From Marispirochaeta sp. (GTDB lineage: Bacteria; Spirochaetota; Spirochaetia; JC444; Marispirochaetaceae), in contig CAXXFF010000002.1 of assembly GCA_963676835.2 (NCBI GenBank), forward strand, positions 1 through 64,000: a DNA stretch of 64,000 bases, given 5' to 3'. The number at the start of each line of letters is the position of its first letter. Position 1 is the stretch's first letter. Shown piece after piece: positions 49,040-59,348 of this stretch. Position numbers and translations under genes: made by a program. The notes beneath the pieces are model-generated. The model was not told where the DNA came from, searched no databases, and saw nothing but the letters and a program-made list of their open reading frames with translations.

Positions 49040-50006
49040 TGTTGTCCGTAAAAATTATTCCTTCCTTCTTGTTCTTATGTTTTTATTTGCCGCCGCCCTC
49101 CCCTGCTTTGCCGGCGGACAGAGCGAGGAACAGCCGAAGACCATCCATGTATCCTATGTAAAATCACCCTTTAACCTGCCCATGATGGTGATGAAAAACC
49201 GAGGAATTCTGGAGTCCAACTTCGATAAGCTGGGAATAAGCGTGGAGTATCATGAGATTAACTCCGGGGCGCAGCAGGCCCAGGCAATGGCTGCGGGATC
49301 GCTGGATATCGGCGGGGTAATGAACACCACCTCCATTCTGCTGGCAAGGAGTGCCGGAAATGATATCCGCATTGTCAGCGGGTTCAGCAAACCGGTAAAT
49401 ATTTTTGCCATAGTCAGCGGCACCGCTGACATACAAACCGTAAACCAGCTTTCCGGAAAAAAGGTGGGCGGCCCCAAGGGAACGGTTCTGCACCAGCTTC
49501 TGGCAGCTGCTCTCGAGAAAGAGGGCATGAGCATGAACGACGTTGAGTTTATTCAGATGGGCCTTTCCCAGGCCTATACAGCCATGCTCGCAGGGCAGAT
49601 CGATGCCTCACTGTTGGCTGCAAACCTTATTATACATGCTCAGAAGGAAGGTGCAGCGGTTCTGGCAACTGCCGACGGACTTATTGTTCCCAAACTGGTT
49701 ATAGCCTGCCGGGGCGGCTTTATTGATGCTCACCCGGACCTGGTAGATCTCTATCTTGCCAGCCACCGGGAGGCATCCGCATGGATGGAGTCGCACCTGG
49801 AGGAAGCCTTAAGAATGGGTGCTGATGAGCAGGATATAAGCCTGGAAGAGGCAAAGCAGCTCTATGAATGGACCCGTTTCAGCGACACACTGGATGATGC
49901 AGATATTGTGAGTATGCAGGAAGATATCGATTTTATGCTGGAAAACGAAATGCTCGAATCAGATATATCTGCTGAATCATGTTTTGCTGAGTCTGCGCTG
50001 CGGTAA
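49032..50006 (+). CDS. ABC substrate-binding protein, SsuA/NrtA family
   Basis: FAGGQSE N-terminus; LSGKKVGGPKGTVLH; operon context. Confidence 0.85.
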   Translation: MSNVVRKNYSFLLVLMFLFAAALPCFAGGQSEEQPKTIHVSYVKSPFNLPMMVMKNRGILESNFDKLGISVEYHEINSGAQQAQAMAAGSLDIGGVMNTTSILLARSAGNDIRIVSGFSKPVNIFAIVSGTADIQTVNQLSGKKVGGPKGTVLHQLLAAALEKEGMSMNDVEFIQMGLSQAYTAMLAGQIDASLLAANLIIHAQKEGAAVLATADGLIVPKLVIACRGGFIDAHPDLVDLYLASHREASAWMESHLEEALRMGADEQDISLEEAKQLYEWTRFSDTLDDADIVSMQEDIDFMLENEMLESDISAESCFAESALR

Positions 50007-50034
50007 AACAGAGAATAAACGCCTGTCCGCTTTC

Positions 50035-50277
50035 TTAGAATTTCATCAGGAATGGAACAGTAGATTCATCAATTTCGTGGACACTGTTGCGGATCTCCTG
50101 TTCCATCCACCACTTATCGTCGAAGTGCCGGGTCTCCTCCTTAATTACCCTGCGGAAAAGCGGATTATAGATAAAGACCCGGCCGCTTACGGTTCTGCCC
50201 TCATCAACCTCGGTAATGTGGTAATAGCGTTCTTCCCGTTCGCCGCCAAACTCCTTGTACCAGCGGGATTCCTTCAT
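50035..50277 (-). CDS. Hypothetical 80-aa protein
   Basis: MKESRWYKEFGGERE...PFLMKF fills the gap between two + genes; start uncertain. Confidence 0.5.
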   Translation of the reverse strand: MKESRWYKEFGGEREERYYHITEVDEGRTVSGRVFIYNPLFRRVIKEETRHFDDKWWMEQEIRNSVHEIDESTVPFLMKF

Positions 50278-50393
50278 ACTTTTATGGTAATTCCCGGACT
50301 CTTTCAGGGCAAGGAAAAAACTCCCTTTCAGGCTTGATCTCCCCCGCCCGGGGGGATTACCATGGAGACCAGTTCCCGCAAAGGAGTCTGCCC

Positions 50394-51833
50394 ATGGGCA
50401 AAATGCCCCTGCTGCTGCTGTTTTCCTTTCTACTTGCACCCCTTTACAGTCAGAACAGCGGAGATTTTTCAAGCTGGCTCAACCGGGAACAACAGGCCTT
50501 TAAAGGTTACAGAGAAAAAGAAGACAGGGCATTTCAGGATTACCTGCGCCGGGAATGGGAAGCCTTCAATGCCAGCAGGGGCACCAAACAGTACGACGAA
50601 CCTAAAAATCCACGCCAGCCGGTTCTCAATGCGGGAAACAAATCCATAGCCGGCCGTCCGGATCTTTACAGCTGGAACAGCGGCAACAGTTCACGGATTC
50701 AGGCCAGCAGCTTTCTCGATTTTTCGGTCCGGGGAGTACCTTCCACCATGATCGAGCTTTTCGGCGTTTCCCTGCGGCTCCCCCGGCCCCGGCAGAATCT
50801 TCCCAGGCTGAAAAGCAGCTCATCCAGGGATATCTCTGATTATTTTGCCGACCTTTCCCAGACGGATTTCTCCAGCGTGGAAGCAGCCCTGAACAAAGCG
50901 GCGGAAAACCTCAACCTGCAGGATTGGGGATACACCCGGCTTGTACACGCCTTTGCCGCCAGAGAAGCGGGAGAAACCGCGGCAGAAGCCTACCCTCTTA
51001 CCTGGTACCTGCTTCTGAGGGCAGGATACGATGTCCGCCTTGCTTCTGACGGCACCCGGGACGGATACTATCTGCTTCTGCCGGTATCCCGAAAGCTCTA
51101 TAACATTCCTTTTGCAGGTATTGACGGCAAGGTATTCTATTTTATTGATTTTACCGGCAGGGATCGGCAGCCCACCCGGTTTTTCACCTATCCCGAGGGG
51201 CACCCCGGTGCAACCCGCATTCTTGAAGTATCTTTTCATGATCAACCGAGCCTTCCGGAGTCAGTACAGCAGAGAACCCTGGGGTTTGATTTCCAGGGGG
51301 TTCGCCATGAAATTCCCCTGCAGTACGACCGGAGTGTAATCGATTTTTACAGCGAATTTCCCCAGACCGACTTTTCCGCTTACATGGAAGCAGGAACATC
51401 AAAAACTTTTATAGCCTCCATCCATAACAGCCTTCAGCCCACACTGGATTCAATGGCTCCCCGGGAAGCGGTCAATTTTCTGCTCCGTATGGTGCAGTCT
51501 GGACTTTCCTACAGAACAGATCAGGATCAGTTTAACCGGGAAAAATGGATGCTCCCGGAAGAGACTATTCATTACCCCTATTCAGACTGTGACGACCGGG
51601 CTTTACTTTTCTCGTGGCTGGTAAAAGAGCTGTTGGGATTCAAGGTTCTCGGTATTCAGTGGACCGGACATGCCTCGACTGCAGTGGCTATTCCCGGGGC
51701 AGGAGAGGGGACACTCTTTTCCTACAAAGGTACCCAATGGACTCTATGCGATCCGACCTATCTTGGAGCAGATGCGGGAATGGTCATGCCTGCCTACAGC
51801 GGCAGCTCTTTTTCCATTATCGAAGCCCCTTAA
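50394..51833 (+). CDS. Exported protein with C-terminal transglutaminase-like domain
   Basis: AAGGAG RBS; signal peptide; YSDCDDR...TGHAS...CDPT (Cys-His-Asp). Confidence 0.7.
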   Translation: MGKMPLLLLFSFLLAPLYSQNSGDFSSWLNREQQAFKGYREKEDRAFQDYLRREWEAFNASRGTKQYDEPKNPRQPVLNAGNKSIAGRPDLYSWNSGNSSRIQASSFLDFSVRGVPSTMIELFGVSLRLPRPRQNLPRLKSSSSRDISDYFADLSQTDFSSVEAALNKAAENLNLQDWGYTRLVHAFAAREAGETAAEAYPLTWYLLLRAGYDVRLASDGTRDGYYLLLPVSRKLYNIPFAGIDGKVFYFIDFTGRDRQPTRFFTYPEGHPGATRILEVSFHDQPSLPESVQQRTLGFDFQGVRHEIPLQYDRSVIDFYSEFPQTDFSAYMEAGTSKTFIASIHNSLQPTLDSMAPREAVNFLLRMVQSGLSYRTDQDQFNREKWMLPEETIHYPYSDCDDRALLFSWLVKELLGFKVLGIQWTGHASTAVAIPGAGEGTLFSYKGTQWTLCDPTYLGADAGMVMPAYSGSSFSIIEAP

Positions 51834-53157
51834 CAGTCCGGACAAACCAGAAATAGGCGAACAGCCCTCCCAGAATATTCGCTGCCGCAGCTGCTGCAAA
51901 GACACCCTTCCATGCGAAAAAGATCCGCAGAACAAAGGCTATGGGAATATAGAGCAGAAACATCCGTGAAAGACTTACCATGGCGGAGCGAAAGGGCTGA
52001 TTGAGACCGTTAAACCCGGAACCCGAAATCAACAGCATTCCATGAATACCGTAACTGGCGCTTACCAGCAGAAGAAAAAAGGCTGTCACCTCGATAACCG
52101 CGGGACTGGAAGTAAAAATACCTGCAATAAAAAAGCGGAAGGGAATAAGCAGTACCGTAAGCATCAGCCCCCAGGCCAGAGAGTAGCCCGCACCAGCTCT
52201 TACCCCCAGAAGAGTCCTGTCCCATTCCCGGGCGGCTGAATTCTGTCCCACGAAAGGCACCATTACCGCAGCCAGAGCCCGCATGAAACTCAAAGCCAGA
52301 GTCTCTATTCTGGTGGCAACACCGAAACCGGCCACAACATCGGTCCCGTAGACCGCAATAAGCCGGGTTATAATCCCCACGGAAACGGGCATTATCATAT
52401 TGGTGGCAGTAGCGGGTACTGCGAGACGGAACAGACGGCCCCAGTTATCCATAAGAGCCTTGAAGTTTAACCCCTCCAGACCAAGCATCTTCTCCCGGCG
52501 GATAAGAATAAACAGAGAAATGGTAAGGGTGGTCATCCGCCCGAAAACCGTTGCCAGGGCCGCGCCTTTAATTCCCATAAAGGGAAAAGGGCCCAAGCCG
52601 AAGATAAGCAGAGGATCCATTACGGCATTCATGGAGGCGCCGATTATCATAATCATGGCGGGAATACGGGTATCCCCGGTTGCCCGCAGAGCATTATTTC
52701 CCACCATGGGGATAACCACAAAGGGCATCCCCAAAAGCCAGATCTGCATGTAGTCGAGAATAAGCACCATGGTGCGGCTGTCCGCACCCAGCATGGCAAA
52801 AATAAAACGCAGCAGGGGAAAAAGCAGAACAATAAGGACTACCACCGTAGCGAGAGCAAGGAGAAGCCCGCTGGTAACAATACGCCGCACCTCTCCATGA
52901 TCTCCGCCGCCGATTGCCCGGGCTGCCAGCGCAGAGGTCCCCACTCCAATACCCAGGGCAATGCTGTTTACCACAAAAACCAGGGGAAAGGTAAAACTCA
53001 TGGCTGCCAGCGGTATGGTTCCCAGTCGGCCGACAAAAAAGGTATCCACCAGATTGAAGGCAACCATACCAAGGATCCCCACCAGCATGGGGCCGGCCAT
53101 TCTGAATATCCGTACCGAAGGGGACCCGGTAAGGAGAGATCTGCGCTGCTTATTCAT
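51817..53157 (-). CDS. MATE family efflux transporter
   Basis: NLVDTFFVGRLG, LRATGDT, DPLLIFG, GAALAT, FVGQN. Confidence 0.93.
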   Translation of the reverse strand: MNKQRRSLLTGSPSVRIFRMAGPMLVGILGMVAFNLVDTFFVGRLGTIPLAAMSFTFPLVFVVNSIALGIGVGTSALAARAIGGGDHGEVRRIVTSGLLLALATVVVLIVLLFPLLRFIFAMLGADSRTMVLILDYMQIWLLGMPFVVIPMVGNNALRATGDTRIPAMIMIIGASMNAVMDPLLIFGLGPFPFMGIKGAALATVFGRMTTLTISLFILIRREKMLGLEGLNFKALMDNWGRLFRLAVPATATNMIMPVSVGIITRLIAVYGTDVVAGFGVATRIETLALSFMRALAAVMVPFVGQNSAAREWDRTLLGVRAGAGYSLAWGLMLTVLLIPFRFFIAGIFTSSPAVIEVTAFFLLLVSASYGIHGMLLISGSGFNGLNQPFRSAMVSLSRMFLLYIPIAFVLRIFFAWKGVFAAAAAANILGGLFAYFWFVRTVKGLR

Positions 53158-53246
53158 ATAATAGAAAGAGTTGCATATAGAGCCTTTCGGTACAATAGTA
53201 TATTTTGTATATTAATAGAAATTCTAAAAATGCGAGGAGTTGGTAT

Positions 53247-54059
53247 ATGTTTGAATGGCTTTCTGGCTTTAGCCCCATCATGCAGGCACTTTTCGGTACA
53301 CTGTTTACCTGGTTTGCCACCGCCCTGGGTGCCGCCATGGTATTCTTTTTCAAAAAAGTAGAAAAAAAATATCTTGACGGCATGCTTGGCTTTGCTGCAG
53401 GAGTAATGATTGCCGCAAGCTTCTGGTCACTTCTGGCTCCAGCCATAGATCTCTCAGAAGAGATGGGTCTTATTCCCTGGATTCCTCCGGTTGCAGGGTT
53501 TCTTCTTGGCGGTGCCTTTCTGCGCCTGGTAGACCGGATTCTACCCCACCTGCATATAGGAGAGCCCATAGAAAATGCCGAAGGACTGAGTACCCAGTGG
53601 AAGAAGAGCATTCTCATGGTTATGGCTATTACACTGCATAACGCTCCGGAAGGGTTGGCGGTAGGTGTTGCATTCGGTGCCGTTGCCGCGGGTATTCCTT
53701 CGGCCTCGCTGGCGGGCGCAGTAGCTCTGGCGATCGGCATCGGCATACAAAACCTTCCCGAAGGCGCTGCCGTTTCCGTACCATTACGAAGGGAGGGCTT
53801 AAGCCGAAAAAAAGCCTTTATGTATGGCCAGTTATCCGGCATGGTGGAACCTGTAGCCGGTGTCCTTGGTGCAGCCCTGGTGCTGGTTATGCGGCCCATC
53901 CTCCCTTATGCTCTGGCTTTTGCGGCGGGAGCCATGATCTTCGTTGTGGTGGAAGAGGCAATTCCGGAATCCCAGAACTCGGGAAACACCCACATTGCAA
54001 CCCTGGGAGCAATGGTCGGCTTTGCGGTAATGATGAGTCTGGATGTGGCTTTGGGCTGA
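53247..54059 (+). CDS. ZIP family metal transporter (ZupT/GufA-like)
   Basis: [30 protein letters not shown]. Confidence 0.92.
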   Translation: MFEWLSGFSPIMQALFGTLFTWFATALGAAMVFFFKKVEKKYLDGMLGFAAGVMIAASFWSLLAPAIDLSEEMGLIPWIPPVAGFLLGGAFLRLVDRILPHLHIGEPIENAEGLSTQWKKSILMVMAITLHNAPEGLAVGVAFGAVAAGIPSASLAGAVALAIGIGIQNLPEGAAVSVPLRREGLSRKKAFMYGQLSGMVEPVAGVLGAALVLVMRPILPYALAFAAGAMIFVVVEEAIPESQNSGNTHIATLGAMVGFAVMMSLDVALG

Positions 54060-54060
54060 C

Positions 54061-54819
54061 CTATCGGGCCAGCCAGCCGCCGTCTACTGCAATTGTTTCC
54101 CCGTGCATATAGTCCGAAGCTGAAGATGCGAGAAAAACCGCCGGCCCCATCATATCTTCCGGGTTTCCCCAGCGCCCTGCAGGAATCCGTTCAAGAATTG
54201 CCGCGTAACGCTGCTTATCCGCCCGAAGGGCCTCAGTGTTGTTGGTAACCATATATCCCGGTGCTATTCCGTTAACATTGATTCTGTGAGGCGCCCACTC
54301 ATTTGCCATGGCTTTCGTAAGCCCTAAAACAGCACTCTTGCTGGCAGTATATGAGGGAACCCGGATACCCCCCTGATAGGAGAGCATGGAAGCAATATTG
54401 ATTATTTTTCCCCCGCTTTTCTGCTGGATAAACTGACCGGCTGCCTTCTGGCTCAGAAAGAACAGTGATTTAAGATTCAGGTTCAGCACATCATCCCAAT
54501 CTACTTCACTGAAATCAATTGCATCCTCACGGCGGATAATTCCCGCATTGTTAACCAGAATATCAACATGGCCGAAAGCAGCAAGGGTCTCAGACAATAT
54601 TCTCTCCACCGGCTCCACAGACGTGAGATCCGCTTTTATGGAAATAAACTGCTTTCCAAGATCCTCGATGGTTTTCCGGGTTTCTGAAGGTTCGCTCAGC
54701 CCCACACCGACGATATTGGCTCCAGCCCGGGCCAGTCCCACGGCAATACCCTGGCCCAGACCAGTGGAACAGCCGGTAACAATTGCTGTTTTTCCGTTTA
54801 AATCAAATGAATAACTCAT
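54061..54819 (-). CDS. kduD: 2-dehydro-3-deoxy-D-gluconate 5-dehydrogenase
   Basis: TGCSTGLGQG, NNAGIIRR, SMLSYQGGIRVPSYTASKS; adjacent to kduI. Confidence 0.93.
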   Translation of the reverse strand: MSYSFDLNGKTAIVTGCSTGLGQGIAVGLARAGANIVGVGLSEPSETRKTIEDLGKQFISIKADLTSVEPVERILSETLAAFGHVDILVNNAGIIRREDAIDFSEVDWDDVLNLNLKSLFFLSQKAAGQFIQQKSGGKIINIASMLSYQGGIRVPSYTASKSAVLGLTKAMANEWAPHRINVNGIAPGYMVTNNTEALRADKQRYAAILERIPAGRWGNPEDMMGPAVFLASSASDYMHGETIAVDGGWLAR

Positions 54820-54846
54820 AAACACATCCTTCCTTGCAGTACAGGC

Positions 54847-55680
54847 CTAGGCCATATCATCCATGGACGCCCAGTCCATATCATCAAAGGTTTGATTCTC
54901 ACCCACCATGCCCCAGATAAAGGTGTAATTGCCCGTGCCGACGCCGGAATGAATGGACCAGCTGGGAGAAATAACTGCTTCCTCATTGCGGACAAGAATA
55001 TGCCGGGTTTCATCGGGTTTGCCCATAAGGTGAAAAACAGCCTGGTCAGAGTCCAGTTCAAAATAGAAATAGACTTCCATCCGGCGCTCATGGGTATGGG
55101 CAGGCATGGTATTCCAGACATTCCCCGGTGCAAGTTCGGTATAGCCCATTACAAGCTGACAGGATGTTGTTACATCGGGGTGAATAACCTGCTTTATCAC
55201 CCGCTTGTTACAGGCTTCATCAGACCCGAGACGTACTTCCCGGGCATTTTCCACCGGAATATGGCAGGTGCTGTGTTTTTTATGGGCCGTTCCGCTGAGA
55301 GCATAAAATTTTGCCGGGTTTGAAGGATCACTGCTGAAAAACTCAATATTACGGGTACCCATACCTATATAGATACCGTCTTTATATTTGAGAGAGTATT
55401 CACTTCCGTCAGCCGCAATTTTCCCTGGACCACCAACATTGATTACCCCCAGCTCACGGCGTTCAAGGAAATAGTCAACGCCGAAAATCTCTCTACTTAC
55501 TTCTATGTGAAGAGATTTTTCAACAGGACAGATTCCGGCGGTAACAATCCGGTCGATATGGCTGTAAACCATCTTTACCTTGCCGGGCTGAAAAAGTTCC
55601 TGAATTAAAAACTCTTTTCGAAGACCAACTGTATCGAGCTGCTTGCCATGATCGGGATGTATGGGATGACGTATTTCCAT
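54847..55680 (-). CDS. kduI: 5-dehydro-4-deoxy-D-glucuronate isomerase
   Basis: YSHIDR, FLERRELG, WNTMPAHTHERRMEVY, SPSWSIHSG. Confidence 0.96.
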   Translation of the reverse strand: MEIRHPIHPDHGKQLDTVGLRKEFLIQELFQPGKVKMVYSHIDRIVTAGICPVEKSLHIEVSREIFGVDYFLERRELGVINVGGPGKIAADGSEYSLKYKDGIYIGMGTRNIEFFSSDPSNPAKFYALSGTAHKKHSTCHIPVENAREVRLGSDEACNKRVIKQVIHPDVTTSCQLVMGYTELAPGNVWNTMPAHTHERRMEVYFYFELDSDQAVFHLMGKPDETRHILVRNEEAVISPSWSIHSGVGTGNYTFIWGMVGENQTFDDMDWASMDDMA

Positions 55681-55701
55681 CTAATGCTCCTCATAGAGTT
55701 C

Positions 55702-55730
55702 CATATTATGAAACTCTGTTTCATAATATG
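55702..55730. promoter_or_regulatory. KdgR/IclR-type operator upstream of kduI
   Basis: Perfect 13-bp IR CATATTATGAAAC-TCT-GTTTCATAATATG. Confidence 0.8.
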
Positions 55731-55794
55731 CATAATGCACCAGATGTGCCGACAGGTCAAGGCAAAGATGAGAAAGCGAGCTAAAGAGAGTTAA

Positions 55795-56595
55795 TCAGGA
55801 GCCTGAGGAAAATCTGCTGCCAGTATATCCAAGACGAGCGGATATTTTCTGCGCCGTGTCACGAACCAGAGATCCTACATCGTCAACGGAATTTCCGGAA
55901 TCAGGCCCGTTCCAGGCCGTGCTGATGGCAGCAATAACCCGGCTCCGGTAATCATAGATCGGCGCTCCCGCACATCGGGTACCGTATTCCCACTCTTCGT
56001 CATCGATACTGTAACCTGTACTGCGGAATCGATGTATCTGAGAGATAAGGGCCTCAACATCCACCACACTGTTCGCTGTCCGTTGTTCACGCTGTTCGCC
56101 GGAAAAGATTCGGTTAAGGGATGCATCATCCTCATCAAAAAGCAGACACTTTCCAATAGCAGTACAATAAAAAGGTCGCCTCTGGCCGATAATGGCAAAT
56201 CGTCGGGAACTGTCATACTTTTCAATCTTATCGATATATACAACTTCATTATCTTTACGGATGGCAAGAAACACAACCTGCGACAACCGCCCGGCAAGTT
56301 CGCGCATATAGTACTCAGCTTCTGTTTTAAGTTCTATTCGGCTGAGATACAGACCCGACATATGCACGAAACCGAGCCCCAGTCTGTATGTATTGGTCCT
56401 GCTCTCTTTTTCAACATATTTTCTCTGTAAAAGTTCACCTAACAGGCGGTGAACAGTGCTTTTATGCAGGGATAACTGTACAGATATTTCTGTAAGAGTA
56501 AGTCCTTGATGATCCCGGGAAAGAAGTTCAATTATATCAAATGCACGCCCTATAGACTGTACAGATGTCTTCGGTGCTGTTTCCGGCTGTTTCAT
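55795..56595 (-). CDS. IclR-family regulator (KdgR-like)
   Basis: VQSIGRAFDII..LHKSTVHRLL; CTAIGK; GYSIDDEE..CAGAPI. Confidence 0.92.
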   Translation of the reverse strand: MKQPETAPKTSVQSIGRAFDIIELLSRDHQGLTLTEISVQLSLHKSTVHRLLGELLQRKYVEKESRTNTYRLGLGFVHMSGLYLSRIELKTEAEYYMRELAGRLSQVVFLAIRKDNEVVYIDKIEKYDSSRRFAIIGQRRPFYCTAIGKCLLFDEDDASLNRIFSGEQREQRTANSVVDVEALISQIHRFRSTGYSIDDEEWEYGTRCAGAPIYDYRSRVIAAISTAWNGPDSGNSVDDVGSLVRDTAQKISARLGYTGSRFSSGS

Positions 56596-56637
56596 ATTGT
56601 GGAACAGACTACCATATTTGAAAAACTCAGTACATAA

Positions 56638-56668
56638 AAAAGTTCCCGCCAAAAAAGCGGGAACTTTT
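56638..56668. terminator. Rho-independent terminator
   Basis: AAAAGTTCCCGC-CAAAAAA-GCGGGAACTTTT. Confidence 0.8.
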
Positions 56669-56689
56669 ATCCTTGTATCAGGAATTCTA

Positions 56690-57517
56690 TCAGAATACGT
56701 AATCAGGATCCTCAATGGGAGCAGTCTCCTGGTTTATGTTGATCACCTTTTCCAGATAATCCTGGCTGATAAACTGCGCCTCATAGGACTCATTTTCCCG
56801 GTCAAGCTGCCGCAGGAAAGAACGCAGATGATTCCTGCTTCCCTTCATTAGATTCTGATACAGAATTCCGATATCCTTGTTGTCAGACTCTGCAAGGGCA
56901 TCCTGAAGATCCTTTATATCCAGATCCTCAATGGTCGCTCCGATATTGAGGGCAGCCACGATGGAACTGCGTCCTTCTTCAGTGAGGGAATCGTACAGCT
57001 TCTGAAGTTCGGGGTTTTCAAAAACGCCGGGTGCGGAATCTGCTGCAGGATCTTCAAGACCATAGCGGTCAAGAAGCAGCTTGATTGAATCCATGTGCTG
57101 CGCTTCGCTTCGGGCTATGTTATTGAATACCGGAATATTCCAGGTTTCATACAGAGCCAGGTATACATCCCGGGCCAGTTTTTCCTCTTCCCTCATATAG
57201 GCAAGTGCATCCGCTTCTGCAGCATCGACGGACTCTTTTTCCGTTGCATTCAGAAGAACCTGCATATCTCCTGCGAAGCCCTCTTCGTAGCCATAGGCTC
57301 CGCCGGCACCATTTCCTGCAGCACTCTGGCCTGCACCGTTGCCGCGGCCGCCTCCCATTCCACCGCCGGCACCCCGGCCGGATCCGTCACGCAATCCCTG
57401 TCCTTGTCCCTGCCCCTGTCCATATATGGACGACTCCTGTGATCCGTTTGCAAATAAAAGTCCTGCCGCAGCAACAACCAGTGAAATAACTAAAACAGTA
57501 AGGATGATTTTCTTCAT
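56690..57517 (-). CDS. Exported ferritin-like DUF2202 protein
   Basis: MREEEKLARDVY, SEAQH, IEDLDI, GSRNHLRSF; Gly-rich linker. Confidence 0.88.
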   Translation of the reverse strand: MKKIILTVLVISLVVAAAGLLFANGSQESSIYGQGQGQGQGLRDGSGRGAGGGMGGGRGNGAGQSAAGNGAGGAYGYEEGFAGDMQVLLNATEKESVDAAEADALAYMREEEKLARDVYLALYETWNIPVFNNIARSEAQHMDSIKLLLDRYGLEDPAADSAPGVFENPELQKLYDSLTEEGRSSIVAALNIGATIEDLDIKDLQDALAESDNKDIGILYQNLMKGSRNHLRSFLRQLDRENESYEAQFISQDYLEKVININQETAPIEDPDYVF

Positions 57518-57563
57518 CTTAACACCTCCAATCAGTGAATATGAAATAAATCTAACCGGGCCG

Positions 57564-57658
57564 TATGGAGATCATGTGAAGATAATCTGAAAGATTTGTG
57601 GACTTTCCCGTTCATTCTTCACTATTTCTTCACAATTCCTCCATCGTCCCTCCACAGG
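57564..57658. promoter_or_regulatory. Two mirrored arrays of 11-bp tandem OmpR/BaeR-type boxes
   Basis: + strand TTCTTCACTAT/TTCTTCACAAT/TCCTCCATCGT/CCCTCCACAGG (57615-57658); opposite-orientation array at 57564-57607. Confidence 0.65.
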
Positions 57659-57737
57659 GGTAAAATATTCTCTATACTATCTTATGGTTAATAGAACGAT
57701 TTTCGTTCTCATTAAAAACAGAAAAAGGAGAAAAGAA

Positions 57738-58586
57738 ATGGCCAGGAACCGGACAAAAGGCGGAAGAATCCGTCTGGGATTACAGATTTTCTTTCTGGTG
57801 CTTATCGCTCTCATAGCGATAAATCACAGCCTTGCCGAAACAGGAGTTGAAATTCCTCTGGTTGGAGCAGCCTCGCTGCATGCAATCTGTCCCTTCGGCG
57901 GAGTTGTATCTATTTATCAGTATATTACTGCCGGAACTTTTGTGAAGAAAATTCATGAATCTTCATTTATTCTCATGTGGATAGCATTTGCCCTGGCAGT
58001 TGCATTCGGGCCGGTTTTCTGCGGCTGGATATGTCCATTCGGGACCTTCCAGGAGCTTCTGGCCAAACTGGGCAGGAAGATCTTTAAAAGGCGGTATAAC
58101 ACCTTTATTCCCCCCAAGGTCGACCGGGTGCTCCGCTATCTCCGCTATCTGCTTCTGGCGCAGGTGCTGTATATGACCGCCCGCTCCGGGACCCTGCTTT
58201 TTGCCGATATTGATCCCTACTATGCCCTGTTCAATTTCTGGACCGGCGAAGTGGCTATATCAGCCTATATAGTCCTTGGTATTGTTATACTTTCATCCCT
58301 CTTTGTTGAGCGGCCCTTCTGCAAGTACGCCTGCCCCTACGGAGCAGTGCTGGGGCTGACCAATCTTTTCCGGATATTCGGGATCAAGCGCAACGCGTCC
58401 ACCTGTATAGACTGCAAGGCCTGCGATAAGGCCTGCCCGATGAATATAGAAGTCTCCACCGGAAAGTCCGTAAGAAACCACCAGTGCATAAGCTGCATGA
58501 AATGTACCAGCGAACAGTTCTGTCCTGTGGAATCCACCGTCGAGATGGCCTTCGGCTCCATCGAAACCAAAAAACTGGAGGCATAA
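57738..58586 (+). CDS. Membrane 4Fe-4S binding protein (NapH/MauN-like)
   Basis: CGWICPFG, CKYACPYG, CIDCKACDKACP, CISCMKC. Confidence 0.9.
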   Translation: MARNRTKGGRIRLGLQIFFLVLIALIAINHSLAETGVEIPLVGAASLHAICPFGGVVSIYQYITAGTFVKKIHESSFILMWIAFALAVAFGPVFCGWICPFGTFQELLAKLGRKIFKRRYNTFIPPKVDRVLRYLRYLLLAQVLYMTARSGTLLFADIDPYYALFNFWTGEVAISAYIVLGIVILSSLFVERPFCKYACPYGAVLGLTNLFRIFGIKRNASTCIDCKACDKACPMNIEVSTGKSVRNHQCISCMKCTSEQFCPVESTVEMAFGSIETKKLEA

Positions 58587-58587
58587 G

Positions 58588-59325
58588 ATGAAACTGCGTT
58601 CAAAACAGCTGGCCCCGATTATTGCCCTTGCCTTTATTGTCGGCATAGGACTTACCATGGTCTTTAATATCTGGATTACCGAATCAAGCAAGGTGCCTGC
58701 CACCTATGTAAGCGGCGAGTTTGCAGGAGAGTACAATCCCGGAGATATCCGCGGCTCCTACTCCTTCGATGATATTGAGAAAGCCTTCAAGGTTCCCGTT
58801 GAGGTTCTGGCAAAGGCCTTTGGCGTAGAAGACCGCTCCAATCCCGGAGATTTTCAGGCAAAGGAACTGGAAGAGATGTTCGGACCCCAGGATGACGGCG
58901 GTGAAGTGGGAACCGATGCGGTAAGGCTTTTTACCGCCCGTTACACCGGTCTGCCCTATACTCCGGAAGAGACCACCCGCCTTCCCAACCCTGCTGTAGC
59001 CCTGCTGAAGGACAAACTGAGTACCGCAGACTTTCAGGCACTTCAGAAAATCGGTGTAAGCCTTGGCGATCTGACTCCGGCAGAGGCTGTTGAGGGAACA
59101 GCCGAAGTGGTGGAGCACGCTACAGATGAAGAGATGGCCATAAAGGGCAAAACAACCTTTGACGATCTGCTCAGCTGGGGCCTCACCAAAGAGGAAATTG
59201 AGGGTATACTGGGAATGCCCATGGGAACCCGGGCAACCGCCATCAGGGATTTTGTGATGGAACAGGGCCTGGAGTTTTCTGAGTACAAGGACCAGCTTCA
59301 GCAGCTGCTTGATGCGAAGAACTGA
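58588..59325 (+). CDS. Membrane-anchored hypothetical protein
   Basis: N-terminal TM; GGAGG RBS; coupled to the 4Fe-4S gene. Confidence 0.75.
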   Translation: MKLRSKQLAPIIALAFIVGIGLTMVFNIWITESSKVPATYVSGEFAGEYNPGDIRGSYSFDDIEKAFKVPVEVLAKAFGVEDRSNPGDFQAKELEEMFGPQDDGGEVGTDAVRLFTARYTGLPYTPEETTRLPNPAVALLKDKLSTADFQALQKIGVSLGDLTPAEAVEGTAEVVEHATDEEMAIKGKTTFDDLLSWGLTKEEIEGILGMPMGTRATAIRDFVMEQGLEFSEYKDQLQQLLDAKN

Positions 59326-59348
59326 TACCAGACCGACAGGAGAGAGAG

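Noticed and set aside
50394..51833. Transglutaminase-like protein as lasso B2 leader peptidase
   Set aside because: Large, signal-peptide-bearing and 30 kb from the precursor; unlike small cytoplasmic B2 proteins.
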